The translations under genes and the position numbers were made by a program. This document shows positions 8,931 through 17,109 of a DNA stretch of 46,122 nt, one piece after another. The stretch is from a virus. Its lineage: Duplodnaviria > Caudoviricetes. The number at the start of each line of letters is the position of its first letter. The first letter of the stretch is position 1. The notes below the pieces were generated by a model. That model did not search any database, was not told where the DNA came from, and saw nothing but the letters and a program-made list of their open reading frames with translations. The stretch lies in IMG/VR virus record IMGVR_UViG_3300012943_000015, positions 1 to 46,122 of that record; one strand, written 5' to 3'.

Positions 8931-8957
8931 TCTGACCTGATACCAAATCTGGTCAGA
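8931..8957. other. Imperfect inverted repeat, candidate recombinase core site
   Basis: TCTGACCTGA-TACCAAA-TCTGGTCAGA: 10-bp arms with one mismatch and a 7-bp asymmetric spacer. Confidence 0.3.
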
Positions 8958-9014
8958 CAGATATTCACGCATCGGTGCGAGGTTGGTGCGCTTCGCGCGT
9001 GTGTCCGACACGAG

Positions 9015-9232
9015 GAAAAGGGTTCGCGCGCACGCGCGTACTGGTGATCCGCCGTAGGCGGAAGGCGGATCACGCTGGGTCCGGCCACGCCGGACCAGGT
9101 GACTGTCGGCGTGTCAACGCCGAGTTAGTAACTTGTTGCAAGTAGCTTGGGCCGGGCTGGATGGCCCGGCCAGCTGGCGGCGTAGCCGCTCTGTGTGGGG
9201 CGCGATACGCGAAGCGCCCCACCCTGTCATCC
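9015..9232 (-). ncRNA. Candidate structured non-coding RNA (seven consecutive hairpins)
   Basis: Stems at 9044-9073, 9078-9096, 9106-9123, 9131-9143, 9144-9175, 9177-9189 and 9195-9222; upstream minus-strand TTGACA-N18-CAGTCT; no credible ORF. Confidence 0.5.
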
Positions 9233-9376
9233 AAGACAAGACTGACACCGGAAATGATCACTTGTCAAGACGCGGGCACCAAGTTCACCCGTTTGGCGGT
9301 ACCCACGCCAGGCTCGGCGTGGATGTAACGGCCATGGGGTAGCCCATTTGGCGTAACTTCAGCGCGTGTCTTGATT

Positions 9377-9389
9377 GGTCATGCTTGAT
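9377..9389. promoter_or_regulatory. Repeated operator/promoter motif (GGTCATGCTTGAT)
   Basis: Perfect reverse-complement consensus copy just upstream of the first rightward early gene. Confidence 0.6.
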
Positions 9390-9405
9390 GGGTGAAAGTA
9401 GAACC

Positions 9406-9702
9406 ATGAATCAAGCACCCACCGGCAAGTACGCCGAGCGCATCGAGCGCGGCGCAGCGTTTCTGGACGAGAAGGTTCCAGGCTGGCGAGAGAAGATCGA
9501 CCTCGACAAGCTGGACATTCGCGCCAGCAGTCACTGCGTCGTCGGCCAGGCGACCGACGACTACTTCGCCAATGTCGAAGACAGCTGGTTCGGCGAGGAC
9601 TTTTACGACGCCGCCGTGGCACACGGTTTCGAGTGGGACCTTGATGATGACGCTGAAGATCTAACCGCTGAGTGGCGGCAGTACATCGAGGCCACTCGGT
9701 GA
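9406..9702 (+). CDS. Hypothetical phage protein
   Basis: RGAAFLDEKVPGWREKIDLDKLDI..HCVVGQ pattern seen in actinophage hypotheticals; acidic C-terminus. Confidence 0.75.
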   Translation: MNQAPTGKYAERIERGAAFLDEKVPGWREKIDLDKLDIRASSHCVVGQATDDYFANVEDSWFGEDFYDAAVAHGFEWDLDDDAEDLTAEWRQYIEATR

Positions 9703-9956
9703 CCGCCTCTCTCCCCGCGCAGGACGCACTGGCCCTCCCCTGCTACGGCAAGCCCGGCCCCTGGGTCGACAGTGACCGGCCGGCAGACCGCGAGTGGGCC
9801 GCATCCCAATGTTTCAAGCGCTGCGCGCAGTTGGGGTGGTGCGAGCGGCAGCGGCTGGACACGGTGGCGGATCACGGTTCGGCGGTGGGCGTGTGGGCCG
9901 GCCAAGTCTGGACGCACTCGGATTACAGGACTGACGGAAAGCAGGCGGCAGCATGA
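9699..9956 (+). CDS. whiB: WhiB-family transcription factor
   Basis: Four Cys (PC...QCFKRCAQLGWC) plus the GVWAG turn motif. Confidence 0.75.
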   Translation: MTASLPAQDALALPCYGKPGPWVDSDRPADREWAASQCFKRCAQLGWCERQRLDTVADHGSAVGVWAGQVWTHSDYRTDGKQAAA

Positions 9957-10174
9957 GCATGATCAAGGTAGAAGACGGCCGAGTTGTCATCACGTTCGAC
10001 GTGCAAGAGGCGATCGCCCTCTTGTCTCAGGCTCGCCTGGCCGCACCCGAGGGATTCCGCTCGACGGATGCCGTGCCACCGCTGAACCTGATTCAGCGGG
10101 CCATGTGGTACCCCGACGAGGGGCCGGCACTGGTGGACGCCATCAATCAGTTGATGGCCGGTGATGCAGCATGA
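9953..10174 (+). CDS. Hypothetical protein
   Basis: 73 aa, ATGA-coupled. Confidence 0.65.
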   Translation: MSMIKVEDGRVVITFDVQEAIALLSQARLAAPEGFRSTDAVPPLNLIQRAMWYPDEGPALVDAINQLMAGDAA

Positions 10175-10836
10175 GCACAGCGAAGATGGTGGCCGAGGCG
10201 AAGCTCGCGACTGAAGCCGATCGCCGCATGAAGCGGGTCGGCACCACGGCGGCGAGACTAGAGGCGGACTTGAGGTGGATCGCCAACAACAAGGCGTGGG
10301 ATGTTAAGGGTTACGAATCCTTTCCCGCCTACTTCCAGGTGGTGCACGGGTACGAGCCGCCCAAGTACCTGCGAGTGCTGCTTCACGGGTTTCTTGAAGC
10401 CGAGGGCATGAACACCCGCACTGGATCCAGCTTCACCAAGCATGGGGCCAACGGACATACGCACGCCGACCTCGCCAAGTGGTGCGGCCTCGCTAACCGT
10501 GTCCTCTCCGCGTCGATCAGCATGCAGAGAGAGGCGGGGTATGCGGACGACGAGATCGTCCTGTCCTCTCGCCCTCCGGTGACCGTGATCGGCCCGGCTC
10601 GCCGGGCGAGGGGACGAAACAGGGACACAGCCAAGAGCTACGACGATCGGGTAACGGCCAGCGTTGGCATGAAGAAGGAGCTGCGCGAGTGGTATCGCCA
10701 CGAGGCGGACACTGCCGTCACGCCCATGCCGTACTCGAACCTGATGGAACAGGTGCTCGAAGCGCATCGAGACAAGGTGGAGGAGGGCCGCAAGGCCAGC
10801 CGCCGCACGTCCCGGTCCAAGGGTAGGGCGGCATAG
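10171..10836 (+). CDS. Putative DNA-binding protein
   Basis: KAW..KGYESF..Y motif, central HTH-like THADLAKWCGL, basic tail. Confidence 0.6.
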   Translation: MSTAKMVAEAKLATEADRRMKRVGTTAARLEADLRWIANNKAWDVKGYESFPAYFQVVHGYEPPKYLRVLLHGFLEAEGMNTRTGSSFTKHGANGHTHADLAKWCGLANRVLSASISMQREAGYADDEIVLSSRPPVTVIGPARRARGRNRDTAKSYDDRVTASVGMKKELREWYRHEADTAVTPMPYSNLMEQVLEAHRDKVEEGRKASRRTSRSKGRAA

Positions 10837-11017
10837 AGCCCTAGGTCCCTCCTCCGACTAGGACCTTAGACCCTGTTTGACCTGCCCGTTTCTAGGGTTT
10901 CTCCCCCGTACCGGGGAGAACTGACAAGTACCGCGTGCTATTGGTTAACGCCCTAATGATCCTTCTGGATAGCAGAAGCGAACGACACGAACGTCACAAT
11001 CGCAAGGAGCTGAGGGC

Positions 11018-11191
11018 ATGGCACGGGACGGCAGCGAGGCCAACCGGTACGTCGCCACGTTCGACACCGACGGCAGCGGCCACTGGCGGGTGGACCTGCC
11101 GGCCGACTGCACGTTCGAGGATCTCGAGGCCCTGGCTCCCGTCATCGACGCAGGGCGGGTCTTCATCGAACCGACAGTCGATGCTGCGTAG
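11018..11191 (+). CDS. Small hypothetical protein (57 aa, absent from ORF track)
   Basis: AAGGAG RBS, MARDGSEANRYVATFDTDGSGHWRVDLP..., followed by a terminator. Confidence 0.65.
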   Translation: MARDGSEANRYVATFDTDGSGHWRVDLPADCTFEDLEALAPVIDAGRVFIEPTVDAA

Positions 11192-11200
11192 GTAGACCAC

Positions 11201-11230
11201 GGCGAACCCGAGACCCCGGTTCGCCTTTCT
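11201..11230 (+). terminator. Intrinsic terminator
   Basis: GGCGAACC...GGTTCGCC stem followed by TTTCT. Confidence 0.6.
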
Positions 11231-11275
11231 CAGACCCTAGACTTGATGAGTCAGACTGAAAGTAAGGAATCAAGC

Positions 11276-11620
11276 ATGACTGGACCAGGAGCGATCCAGT
11301 ACTTCTACTCGCCCGGCTCACGCACCATGGCCGCCTTCCTCGAAGCGGTCAGCTCCGACCTGCTCCAGCACATCGAACAGGTGCAGGCATACCGCGATAC
11401 CCGCCCCACCAAGGGCGACCTGATCCTGGTCGCGGGTGAAGGTGCTGCCTCCAAGGATGTGGAGCGCTTCGCGTGGCGGCTGGGTGGCTACCCGATCTAT
11501 GTGCCGGAATGCGGCGACTGGCTGTCGCATCGCATTCGCAAGGCCGTCGAGGACGGCACGAGCCTGGTGATGGTGGACGGCTCGCTGGCTACAACCAGTC
11601 AATTGAGCGGAGCCAAGTGA
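11276..11620 (+). CDS. Ssd/Rv3660c N-terminal CheY-like domain-like protein
   Basis: RPTKGDLILVAG...FAWRLGG..IYVPECGDWLSHRI resembles the Ssd receiver-like domain; the start codon overlaps the repeated motif (11269-11281). Confidence 0.45.
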   Translation: MTGPGAIQYFYSPGSRTMAAFLEAVSSDLLQHIEQVQAYRDTRPTKGDLILVAGEGAASKDVERFAWRLGGYPIYVPECGDWLSHRIRKAVEDGTSLVMVDGSLATTSQLSGAK

Positions 11621-11796
11621 TGTTCTTCGATGCGAGTAATTACCTCAGTGGCCCCACCGGATTTGAAATCGAGACGATCGAAGGTCCGAAAGTGCATGTC
11701 TGCTTCTCGGATGAGGTGCCCGAGCTGGTGGCGTGGCTGCGCGAGAACTTCGCCCACATATTCGCGGCGACAGAAACGGAAGAGGTAGAGAAGTGA
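11617..11796 (+). CDS. Hypothetical protein
   Basis: GTGA-coupled, 59 aa. Confidence 0.55.
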   Translation: MMFFDASNYLSGPTGFEIETIEGPKVHVCFSDEVPELVAWLRENFAHIFAATETEEVEK

Positions 11797-11908
11797 CCGT
11801 CAAAATAAGAACCTTCATGTATAGCCCGCAGCTCTGGCTGCTCATGTCATTCGCGTTCATCGCGATTGCCACGACGCGTTGCGGAGATGCGTACCGGTGA
11901 GGCTGTCC

Positions 11909-12004
11909 ATGCCGCAGACGCCCAGTGGCGGTGCGGGCTGCGTGGTTCTCCTGTTCGTGGTTCTTGTTCCTCTATTGATTCTTGGGGTGGTGATCCTGGC
12001 TTGA
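11909..12004 (+). CDS. Single-TM micro-protein (31 aa)
   Basis: GAGG RBS; MPQTPSGGAGCVVLLFVVLVPLLILGVVILA. Confidence 0.45.
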   Translation: MPQTPSGGAGCVVLLFVVLVPLLILGVVILA

Positions 12005-12059
12005 ATCGATTCATCGGAGATGCAATCGCCAGAGAACCTCGCTTCACGCGAGGTGTCTC

Positions 12060-12305
12060 ATGAGTGCTATGTGCAGATGCGGCGCCAGCTGGTCCGGCTT
12101 GAACGTGGCGCACTGCGGGTGCTGCCACGAGACATTCTCCACGGTGGGCCTGTTCGACATGCACCGTTCCGGGGGTAACTGTCTCGACCCTGCCGCCCTC
12201 AAATGCCAGTCCGGTACCCGGGCAGGGAAGCCGCTGATGCGGCGCTCTGAGACGCGAAATGTGTGGGTCGGTGCCCGGCCGAAACCCGAAGGGTTGTTCC
12301 GATGA
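12060..12305 (+). CDS. FDXHR-type zinc-binding protein
   Basis: C.CG..W.G...AHC..CH.TFS....FDMHR...C.DP motif. Confidence 0.8.
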   Translation: MSAMCRCGASWSGLNVAHCGCCHETFSTVGLFDMHRSGGNCLDPAALKCQSGTRAGKPLMRRSETRNVWVGARPKPEGLFR

Positions 12306-12514
12306 CAGCGCCCGCTATCGAGTCGGTCGAGCAGGGCCAAGACCGCGGCCGAGTCATGCACCTGTGGTGCATGAACTGTTTGCCCGAGTTCGGTCTGCCC
12401 GCCCGTGCATTCTGTGGCTACACCACGGATGACCGCAACAACAAAGGCGGGCCGGACAAGTGCGTGGTCTGCAAAGACCTGGAGTCTTCGACATGTGAAA
12501 GGTGCGGCTGGTGA
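12302..12514 (+). CDS. Cys-rich zinc-binding protein
   Basis: H.WC..C, AFCG, CVVC and CERCG motifs. Confidence 0.65.
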   Translation: MTAPAIESVEQGQDRGRVMHLWCMNCLPEFGLPARAFCGYTTDDRNNKGGPDKCVVCKDLESSTCERCGW

Positions 12515-13275
12515 CTCTGCCGAGAATGAGTCACAGCAGGTACGAACTCTTCGCCAGATGCGGAGAGGAATACCGCCTCCGCAAGATCGAGCGGGTACCC
12601 GTAACACCCTCCATCTACGCGATAGCCGGCACCGTATTCCACGAGTGGACCGACCTGTACGACGGTGAGCCGTTCGCCAAGGAAGACCACGAGCACTGGT
12701 GGAAGAGGAACCTGGCAGACCAGGTGACCAAGGCCGAGCTGGACTCGGGCTTCTCGCTGCGCGAGTGGGACAACCCGAAGCGCAGTGCCGACCTGAACAA
12801 GACCGCGTTCGAGAAGTTCCGGGACGAGATCGGCCCGGACATGATCGGCAAGTACATCGAGTGGCGGAAGCAGTCCGCGTGGCAAGTGCATTCCATCGAG
12901 CTCGAGCTGAAGTACAAGCTCGGCGACGTGGAAGGTATAGCCAGGATTGACCGGGTGTTCGAGCGCCCCGAAGAGGGCGACCTGGTGGCTATCGACACGA
13001 AGACGTGGAGCCGCAAGCGGGTAACGGCACAGCTGCCCACCTATCTGGTGGCGCTGCGGCAGAACGGATTCAATGTCTCCGCTGCTGGCTACTATCACGC
13101 TAGACGTGGAGAAGCGGGCGATCTCAACGAGTACAAGTACTGGGACGAGAACAGGCTTGCCGCGCTGCACGAGCAGGCGGCACACATGATTTCCGAAGGC
13201 TGGTTCCTGCCGGCACCCGGAGAATCTTGTAGGAACTGCGACGTGCGTCGCCACTGCTCTTGGTATCTGGACTGA
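12511..13275 (+). CDS. PD-(D/E)XK RecB/Cas4-family exonuclease
   Basis: SHS..C, GTVFH, IDRV..IDTKT, QL..Y and C-terminal CRNCDVRRHC Fe-S cysteines. Confidence 0.85.
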   Translation: MTLPRMSHSRYELFARCGEEYRLRKIERVPVTPSIYAIAGTVFHEWTDLYDGEPFAKEDHEHWWKRNLADQVTKAELDSGFSLREWDNPKRSADLNKTAFEKFRDEIGPDMIGKYIEWRKQSAWQVHSIELELKYKLGDVEGIARIDRVFERPEEGDLVAIDTKTWSRKRVTAQLPTYLVALRQNGFNVSAAGYYHARRGEAGDLNEYKYWDENRLAALHEQAAHMISEGWFLPAPGESCRNCDVRRHCSWYLD

Positions 13276-13306
13276 AGTAATTCCCCAACGAAAGGAACAG
13301 CCAATC

Positions 13307-13732
13307 ATGGCTGAGTACATGCGGCGTTTCGCCACCGGCCTCGACACCTACGAGTTCGCGGAGGTGCGGTCGGAGGATGCGGCCGATTTCGAGGAGGCCG
13401 TGGCTTTCATGCTGGATCACGTCGGCGGTAGCACCCCGACGGAGAAGGCGGTCGAGACGGTGAAGCGTGGCTTCGGCAAGACGACCGAGGTCAGGTCGGG
13501 CGGCTTCGGTGACAAGGGCCGGCAGGCCCAGCAGTCCGAGCCGGAGGACCGCGAGCTCGGCGAGCGGGACGGCTACAAGATCACGGTCAAGAAGTCCAAG
13601 TTCGGTGGCGTGTACTTCAACGCCTACAACTCGGACACCAAGGAGCGCATCAACTCGAAGTCGGTCAAGGGCCTGACCGTGAATCAGGCGACGATCGAGG
13701 ATGCGGTTGAGCACCTGTCCGAGGCGGCCTGA
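13307..13732 (+). CDS. Hypothetical protein (recombination/ssDNA-associated by position)
   Basis: Strong RBS (AAAGGAA), 141 aa, between the exonuclease and helicase. Confidence 0.7.
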   Translation: MAEYMRRFATGLDTYEFAEVRSEDAADFEEAVAFMLDHVGGSTPTEKAVETVKRGFGKTTEVRSGGFGDKGRQAQQSEPEDRELGERDGYKITVKKSKFGGVYFNAYNSDTKERINSKSVKGLTVNQATIEDAVEHLSEAA

Positions 13733-13733
13733 C

Positions 13734-13916
13734 ATGGCGAACCGGGCCGAAGTTCTCCGTGAGGCCGCCGAGGCGGTGCGCAAGGTGGGTGTCGCGCACC
13801 GCAACTGTGAGTACGGCGACGAGATGACGATGCGCGAGGTGCGCGACGGCATCGACAACGCCGCCGACGTACTCGACAACATGGCGCTCGACGCCGAAGA
13901 GGCGGCGGGTGCCTAG
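13734..13916 (+). CDS. Hypothetical protein
   Basis: 60 aa helical ORF within the operon. Confidence 0.6.
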   Translation: MANRAEVLREAAEAVRKVGVAHRNCEYGDEMTMREVRDGIDNAADVLDNMALDAEEAAGA

Positions 13917-14676
13917 CCTCCGCCAGGCTGCTCGCGCGGGGGCCGGGGCAGGAATCCCAGTGCCTGGGATGTTCCCGGCCCTCCGCAAACTCGATGTCGA
14001 ACTGCACTCCGGTGAGCTGCACATCCTGGCTGCTGCGCCAGGCGGGTTCAAGACCGGCCTGGCCATGCAGCTGGTGCTCCGCTCCGAGGTGCCGTGCCTG
14101 TACCTGCTGATGGACTCCAACGAGACCTCCATGACGAAGCGTGTCTTGCAGGCGTACAACGGCTGGACCAAGGAGCAGGCCGAGGAGAACTGGGAGTCGG
14201 GGCTAGCCCAACGCAGCTTCGATAAAATCGATTGGGTCCGCTGGGACTTCCCGAACTCGCCCGACATGGTGGAGATCAGGGATAGGGTGTGGGCTTTCGC
14301 CGAGATCTACGGCGAGTTTCCGCAGCTGATCGTGGTCGACAACATCATGGATGTGGTGGAGGAACAATCGTCGGCCGCCTATTCGGAAGCCGAACAGAAC
14401 CTGTCGGCCCTTGCTCGAGCCGCCAACTGTGCGGTGGTGGCCCTGTCTCACGTCAATGGGTTGCATGAGGGTAGCCGTGACCCGATTCCGTTGGGTGGCG
14501 TGATGTACAAGGCGACGAAGAAAGCCAGCCTTGTGCTGACAGTCACTCCGGTTGTCTGGCCTTCGGACATGTTGCGGGTGGCGGTCGTGAAGAACAGGCA
14601 TGGGCAGACGGATGTGGCCGGCATTGAGGTGGCCGCCAAACTAACCGTGGATTACGAACGGATGCAGGCACGATGA
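13909..14676 (+). CDS. DnaB-like (SF4) helicase, RecA domain only
   Basis: Walker A AAPGGFKT, Walker B IVVDN, LSH motif and KNRHG arginine finger. Confidence 0.85.
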   Translation: MPSLRQAARAGAGAGIPVPGMFPALRKLDVELHSGELHILAAAPGGFKTGLAMQLVLRSEVPCLYLLMDSNETSMTKRVLQAYNGWTKEQAEENWESGLAQRSFDKIDWVRWDFPNSPDMVEIRDRVWAFAEIYGEFPQLIVVDNIMDVVEEQSSAAYSEAEQNLSALARAANCAVVALSHVNGLHEGSRDPIPLGGVMYKATKKASLVLTVTPVVWPSDMLRVAVVKNRHGQTDVAGIEVAAKLTVDYERMQAR

Positions 14677-14828
14677 CTGAACGAGCGATTTACGTCGATC
14701 GTGAAGAGGGCTGGACCGACGCATACCTGGACCAGTGGGCGGTCTACGACGACAACGATTGGCTCGCTTCCTTCCGCAAGAAGGAAGACGCCGATGAATG
14801 GGCCGAGCAGAAGAGGCTGGAGCCGTAG
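14673..14828 (+). CDS. Small acidic protein (51 aa, absent from ORF track)
   Basis: Coupled on both sides (ATGA and TAGTG); MTERAIYVDREEGWTDAYLDQW... Confidence 0.6.
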   Translation: MTERAIYVDREEGWTDAYLDQWAVYDDNDWLASFRKKEDADEWAEQKRLEP

Positions 14829-15037
14829 TGAATGAGGACATTCTTCGCTGGCTGTGCTGCGCACTGCTCAAGCAGAACGACGGCAAGAGCGTGGCCGTGT
14901 CGCTGCGGGGCGACGACATGGACATCGGATTCGACGTGACATTCAAGTCCGACGAAGACGGCGATGGCATGACGGTCGGCGTGACCCGAGACGACGAGAT
15001 CGAAGAGTCGTCAATGCAAGTCAAGCTGGAGTACTGA
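14828..15037 (+). CDS. Hypothetical acidic protein
   Basis: 69 aa, translationally coupled. Confidence 0.55.
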   Translation: MNEDILRWLCCALLKQNDGKSVAVSLRGDDMDIGFDVTFKSDEDGDGMTVGVTRDDEIEESSMQVKLEY

Positions 15038-15939
15038 TGCTCCTTAATGATCTGGACACCACCTTGCGCAACGCAGGGCTAGCCGTCACCGAGGCCGCCG
15101 GATGGCAGGGCCACAACCACGGGGCACTCACGGCGGTGGAGTGCATCGTCATCCACCACACCGCAGGTGCGGCGACGGGCGACTACCCGTCGTTCAACAT
15201 CGTGCGCAACGGCCGGCCCGATCTCGATGGGCCGCTGGCCCAGCTGGGCTGCGGCAGGTCCGGTCGCATGTACGTGTTCAGCAACGGTGCGGCCTGGCAT
15301 GCGGGCGCCACATTGCAGCCGTGGATGGACAACTTCCATGCCATCGGTATCGAGGTGGAGTCCACCGGTACCGGCACACCCTGGCCCACGGCACAGGTGA
15401 ATGCCTGCGCTCGTGCGGCTGCCGCCCTGTGCCGCAAGTACGGGGTGCCATCGAGCCGGGTGCTCGGGCACAAGGAGATCTGTTCCCCGCCCGGCCGCAA
15501 GGTCGACCCGGTGGGAATTCCGGGCGACATGCCAGCTTTCCGAAAGCTGGTTCAGCAGTACATCAACAACCCTCAAGGAGAAGTGCAGGACATGGAACCC
15601 ACAGATGTGGCGAAGGACCCGGGCGGCGGACGCTGGGGCTGGTTCTGGCTCAACACCCAGGCGAATGCCCTGGCTGTCCGTAACTACGTGACAGGCACGG
15701 TGATCCCGGGTGTCACTGCGGCCAAGGCTGCGGCGGAGGCGGCCAAGGCCGCCGTCACTGGGCTCGCCGCCAAGGTGGATGCCCTCTCGGCCAAGGTGGA
15801 TGGTATCCAGACGGGCACGGTCAACGTGGATGTGGACGCGTTCGTGGCGCAGCTGGTGCCCGTGCTCACCCCGGCACTACGCGCCGCGGAAGACAGGGCC
15901 GCGCGTGATGGTGACCCGTCCACCGGGCCGGTGAGCTGA
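15037..15939 (+). CDS. Endolysin, N-acetylmuramoyl-L-alanine amidase (Amidase_2)
   Basis: IHHTAG, GRPDLDGPLAQ, AWHAG, IGIE and GHKE..RKVDP motifs; coiled-coil C-terminus. Confidence 0.9.
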   Translation: MLLNDLDTTLRNAGLAVTEAAGWQGHNHGALTAVECIVIHHTAGAATGDYPSFNIVRNGRPDLDGPLAQLGCGRSGRMYVFSNGAAWHAGATLQPWMDNFHAIGIEVESTGTGTPWPTAQVNACARAAAALCRKYGVPSSRVLGHKEICSPPGRKVDPVGIPGDMPAFRKLVQQYINNPQGEVQDMEPTDVAKDPGGGRWGWFWLNTQANALAVRNYVTGTVIPGVTAAKAAAEAAKAAVTGLAAKVDALSAKVDGIQTGTVNVDVDAFVAQLVPVLTPALRAAEDRAARDGDPSTGPVS

Positions 15940-15940
15940 C

Positions 15941-16168
15941 ATGGAGAACCAGCATCGGCGCATCAAGGGTTACCGAGACCTTGCTCCCGCCGAGGTCGAC
16001 ATGGTCAACCTCATCAAGGAGCAGGAGGCGGCCTTCGCCAATCTGTGGAAGACAGTCTTGGCCCTGCCGGACACGGACAAGAGGTGGGCGAGTATCGCCC
16101 GAACCCACTTCGAGGAGGGCACCTCTGCCCTTGTTCGTTCTGTTGCTCGACCTGAGTCTCAGTTCTGA
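15941..16168 (+). CDS. acb2: Acb2-like anti-CBASS cyclic-nucleotide sponge
   Basis: MENQHRRIKGYRDL...E.DM.N.IKE and RWASIARTHFEEG..ALVRSVARP closely match the Acb2 signature. Confidence 0.85.
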   Translation: MENQHRRIKGYRDLAPAEVDMVNLIKEQEAAFANLWKTVLALPDTDKRWASIARTHFEEGTSALVRSVARPESQF

Positions 16169-16638
16169 TGGCGACTCGGCCCTGCAAGGGCTGCGGCCGG
16201 AACAGGGCCGAGAAGTTCTACACGTCGGCTCGGGGGCGGACCTGCCTGTCATGCCGGAAGGCCCGCTCCCGCACCAACAGCCGCAACCGCAGGATCTTCG
16301 AAACTTACGGCCTCACCGAAGCTGAGTACGACAGCCTCTTTGCCGCCCAGGATGGCCGCTGCGCCATCTGCGGTGGCATCAGGAAGCAGAAGCTCAGCGT
16401 TGATCACCGTCACGTCGATGGCCTTATCAGGGGCCTTCTCTGCCGCCTGTGCAATGGCCGCCTGCTCACGTCGGCGCGTGACTTGCCTGCCGTGCTGCGT
16501 GCGGCAGCTGACTATCTGGAACAACCGCCGGCCGTGGCCGTGCTTGGAGAAAGGCTGGTGCCGGATGCGGGCATCCGAACTGATCTCGAAGGTGCAGCGC
16601 CTCGCCGACAATCTCGGCGACGTCGAAGTCCTCGTTGA
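16168..16638 (+). CDS. Recombination endonuclease VII
   Basis: YGLT..EY..Q.GRCAIC, VDH.H..G.IRGLLC..CN motifs. Confidence 0.9.
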   Translation: MATRPCKGCGRNRAEKFYTSARGRTCLSCRKARSRTNSRNRRIFETYGLTEAEYDSLFAAQDGRCAICGGIRKQKLSVDHRHVDGLIRGLLCRLCNGRLLTSARDLPAVLRAAADYLEQPPAVAVLGERLVPDAGIRTDLEGAAPRRQSRRRRSPR

Positions 16639-16741
16639 AACCGGAAGTGCAGTCGTCGATCTGGACAGGGTCGACTACGACTGCTTCGAGCCGGGCGAGC
16701 CGCTTGTTGTGGTCCTCGTGGCGGGAGGCGAGGACGAATGA
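16565..16741 (+). CDS. Small hypothetical protein
   Basis: MRASELISKVQRLADNLGDVEV, a common phage MxxSELIxxL pattern; overlaps the endonuclease VII tail. Confidence 0.55.
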   Translation: MRASELISKVQRLADNLGDVEVLVETGSAVVDLDRVDYDCFEPGEPLVVVLVAGGEDE

Positions 16742-17109
16742 GTGCGGACCTGAGCAACGAACCCGTCGCCGGATTCGGTCCCGTGGACCCAGACACAAGG
16801 CTGCGGAAGCTGGACGAGTGGAGTAAGAACCTCGTCTCCATCTCCAAGCATGTGTGTGGCAGGAAGAACGAGGGCTTGGATTCGGGCGGCCACAACAGGT
16901 GGCCCTGCCAGGAATGCATGATCGGCGTACGCAAAGTCACCAGCTACTGGCATGGTGCCCTGCTGTTGAAGTCGAAGGCCGTCAGGTACCGGGCCGAGAG
17001 GGAAGGTATCGAACTGCCGATGGTGGACTTGTCCACCGCATTCTTCATCGCTTCCGCGGTGCTTGATCCGGCTACATCTGTCGAGCTCGAGGACTGGGGT
17101 CCTGCCTGA
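16738..17109 (+). CDS. Hypothetical protein
   Basis: 123 aa, coupled, HVC..CQEC. Confidence 0.6.
   Translation: MSADLSNEPVAGFGPVDPDTRLRKLDEWSKNLVSISKHVCGRKNEGLDSGGHNRWPCQECMIGVRKVTSYWHGALLLKSKAVRYRAEREGIELPMVDLSTAFFIASAVLDPATSVELEDWGPA

Noticed and set aside
8860-9360. tRNA or tmRNA gene
   Set aside because: No cloverleaf with a T-loop GTTCRA and acceptor stem could be built
12511-13275. Cas4-like nuclease as part of a CRISPR-Cas system
   Set aside because: No repeat-spacer array or other cas genes seen; solo RecB/Cas4-like nucleases are common in actinophages
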